From NCBI GenBank assembly GCA_045659725.1, contig JAZRCK010000011.1, positions 4,296-68,295 of the forward strand: a DNA stretch of 64,000 nt. The letters run 5' to 3'. The stretch is from Candidatus Egerieisoma sp. Lineage in GTDB: Bacteria; Bacteroidota; Bacteroidia; Bacteroidales; UBA932. Shown here piece by piece: positions 62,510-64,000 of the stretch (positions are counted from its first letter, which is position 1; each line of letters opens with the position of its first letter). Under the pieces are notes generated by a model. That model was not told the DNA's origin, made no database searches, and was given only the letters and a program-made list of their open reading frames with translations. Made by a program: the position numbers and the translations under genes.

Positions 62510-62830
62510 TGCTGCAGGATGAGGTTACTTGCAGTATTTGGCATCGGGTATCCGGGTATCGGGCATCGGATATCCGTTCACGGCGACAGAGTGCCCGTTG
62601 CAGGGTGAGCCGTTGGCAGTGTACTGGCTATGGAAAAAGTTCCTGCAATTCGTTGTCCACACCCATACCCCCTGGAATGCACTCCAGGGCACATCAGCGT
62701 GGACAACTCAACAAATTTGTTGGATTGTCCACACTTGGCGCCCTCAGAACGCTCTGGGAGCGGGGGTACCGTGGACAACGAATTGCAGGAGCCTCCGCAC
62801 AAACACACGCAACTACGCACAGTCTGTATA
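62510..62830 (+). ncRNA. candidate structured non-coding RNA / structured DNA block (unclassified)
   Basis: GC-rich island between two divergent promoters. Hairpins lie at 62512-62534 and 62545-76, each with a G-T pair that is only tolerated in a + strand RNA. A 150-nt four-way-junction-capable element lies at 62641-62790, followed by a C/A-rich tail at 62791-62820. It matches no RNA family I know. Confidence 0.3.
62641..62790. repeat. 150-bp hyphenated palindrome: perfect 20-bp outer inverted repeat enclosing three hairpins
   Basis: TCCTGCAATTCGTTGTCCAC (62641-62660) is the exact reverse complement of 62771-62790. The inner palindrome 62699-62732 shares the same symmetry centre (62715.5). 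Confidence 0.9.
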
Positions 62831-62924
62831 CCTGCACTGCATATTTGCATTGTACACCTATATTGTATATCCCCACTGTATATCTGCATATTACATCTAC
62901 TTTTTGTAAATTTTCTTTACATAT

Positions 62925-62955
62925 TTTGCAGTTGTGTAAAATATTTTTACATTTG
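62925..62955 (+). promoter_or_regulatory. promoter of the response-regulator gene: -33 TTTG (62925-62928), -7 TACATTTG (62948-62955)
   Basis: Both elements are present with a 19-nt spacer, about 87 nt upstream of ATG 63042. Confidence 0.55.
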
Positions 62956-63041
62956 CATCAACATTAACTGTTACAACAAGTTATATGATTGTTTAAGGTA
63001 TTTACAAAACCGTTTCCGATAGCAATAAGAACACATATATT

Positions 63042-63755
63042 ATGGATAAAATTGAAGGGACAATACTCATTTCAGATACAAACAGGGGACTGCTGACCCC
63101 ACTTACGCTGCTTCTTCAGAAACATTTCAGCAATGTAATCACCGAATCCGGCACTGCCACAATTGAGGAAATGGCCCTGAAAGGGAGCATAGATGTTGTA
63201 ATTCTTGATGCCGGGGGAAACAACAGCAACGAAAGGGAGAAATACCTTGAACTGGTAAAAAGGCTTTCCGGCTACGGACAAAATGTGCAGGTTGTTGCCC
63301 TTACCAATTTTGGCCAAAGCCAGTTTGCCATGCAGCTGACTGATGCGGGGGCATTTGATTTTGTCTCCAAACCGTGGAATAATGAGAAACTGCTGGTAAC
63401 CCTCAGGAATGCCTGCAAGATGAGGCAGATTCTTCAGGCGGCAACCGGCGGACAATCCTCCGGCAATATGGAGCAGGAGACTCCACTCCCGACAGGAAGC
63501 TTGACAGATGAAAACCTGGCATCAGAAAACATGACAGCAGCAACACTTTGCAAAGAGAAACTGTCGGGAAGAAAAGAGTCTGATTCCTGCGGAGGCGGCT
63601 CTGATAAACCGGTCACTCTGGAGCAAATGGAGAAAAAAATGATGAAGGGTGCCATAAAGCGCAACAGGGGAAATATCTCCCTGGCAGCCCAGGAGTTGGG
63701 AATTACAAGGCAAACTCTCTATAACAAGGGGAAGAAATACAAGCTATTTGAGTAA
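63042..63755 (+). CDS. response regulator: receiver domain + low-complexity linker + Fis-type HTH (NtrC lineage without AAA+ module)
   Basis: REC residues are seen in VVILDAGG (Asp), VVALTNFG (Thr) and FDFVSKPWNNEKLL (Lys). The C-terminus GNISLAAQELGITRQTLYNKGKKYKL is an HTH_8/Fis-type motif. No Walker A or GAFTGA lies between them. Confidence 0.8.
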   Translation: MDKIEGTILISDTNRGLLTPLTLLLQKHFSNVITESGTATIEEMALKGSIDVVILDAGGNNSNEREKYLELVKRLSGYGQNVQVVALTNFGQSQFAMQLTDAGAFDFVSKPWNNEKLLVTLRNACKMRQILQAATGGQSSGNMEQETPLPTGSLTDENLASENMTAATLCKEKLSGRKESDSCGGGSDKPVTLEQMEKKMMKGAIKRNRGNISLAAQELGITRQTLYNKGKKYKLFE

Positions 63756-63761
63756 AAATGT

Positions 63762-63769
63762 TAACTTTG
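63762..63769 (+). promoter_or_regulatory. -7 box TAACTTTG for tyrS
   Basis: Exact TAnnTTTG 50 nt upstream of ATG 63819. Confidence 0.55.
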
Positions 63770-63818
63770 CGAGTTATTATACACCAAACGGAAATAGAAC
63801 GTAAAATATAAACTGAAA

Positions 63819-64000
63819 ATGAAGAATTTTGTAGAAGAGCTTACCTGGAGGGGAATGATCCACACAATGATGCCAGGTACTGAGGAGCAGCTTATGAAAG
63901 AGTGCACAGCTGCATATGTGGGAATAGACCCTACAGCAGATTCATTGCACATCGGACACCTTGTGAGCATCATGATGCTCAAACATTTCCAGAATTGCGG
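63819..64000 (+). CDS. tyrS: tyrosine--tRNA ligase, first ~60 codons (continues beyond the window)
   Basis: Not in the track because no stop is present. ATG 63819 gives [61 protein letters not shown], which carries the class I HIGH motif. Confidence 0.9.
   Translation, partial: MKNFVEELTWRGMIHTMMPGTEEQLMKECTAAYVGIDPTADSLHIGHLVSIMMLKHFQNC

Noticed and set aside
62641-62790. Whether the 20-bp inverted repeats mark an invertible promoter (phase-variation inverton) or a MITE.
   Set aside because: The 110-bp interior has no TAnnTTTG promoter box and no recombinase gene is nearby. The element is itself symmetric, so inversion would change little. No target-site duplication flanks the repeats. Neither idea can be fully excluded without genome-wide copy counts or read-orientation data.
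62509-63022. Three overlapping + ORFs (152, 126, 130 aa) and two minus ORFs in the 62.5-63.0 kb intergenic region.
   Set aside because: All frames are open simultaneously because the region lacks stop triplets. The translations are low-complexity with no signal peptide, TM helix or motif. I treat the region as non-coding.

Overview
This 64-kb window reads as chromosomal core of a Bacteroidota (Bacteroidales-like) genome. It has about 57 protein genes at high coding density and 3 tRNAs. I found no rRNA, CRISPR, integrase, transposase, phage gene or recognisable defence gene. The lineage call rests on three things: recurring TAnnTTTG -7 boxes shortly upstream of gene starts; phylum-typical families (DUF5686/CarboxypepD_reg outer-membrane protein, DUF4271-hemD pair, GH3-like, DUF2723, class-3 FBPase, tricorn-like S41 protease); and an rpsL-rpsG-fusA-rpsJ block without tuf. 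Other landmarks are groES-groEL, uvrC, recO, rdgB, rsgA, tadA, rnpA-yidD, the tyrS 5' end, and a C69 dipeptidase that runs off the left edge and is missing from the ORF track. All family assignments come from motif recognition by eye; no searches were run. Several track ORFs begin at GTG/TTG or carry spurious N-terminal extensions, and I trimmed these to the ATG that precedes a signal peptide or conserved N-terminus. I do not see a convincing self-contained novel gene system such as a defence island. The least explained signal is the 675-bp divergent intergenic region 62367-63041. It holds a GC-rich block of about 300 nt with stacked hairpins, a 150-bp hyphenated palindrome (20-bp perfect outer arms, GTGGACAA in four alternating copies, two mutually exclusive folds), and 298 nt with no stop triplet in any + frame. 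It also holds 22-nt direct repeats upstream of an orphan NtrC-lineage response regulator that lacks its AAA+ domain. Secondary leads are a RIC/hemerythrin-LuxR fusion regulator, an exact sigma-54-type -24/-12 core upstream of groES, and a repeat-bearing 230-bp spacer at 29.4-29.6 kb. Further leads are a tRNA-terminator-ORF arrangement with two hotdog-like ORFs, an OlsF-like bifunctional acyltransferase, a polyprenyl synthase/GT-A-like/U32 trio, and a TPR-TM-HTH regulator paired with a giant MG2-like protein. A peptidase-DUF2156-CNNM-PPTase operon and a break of the ribosomal-protein supercluster right after rpsJ complete the list.
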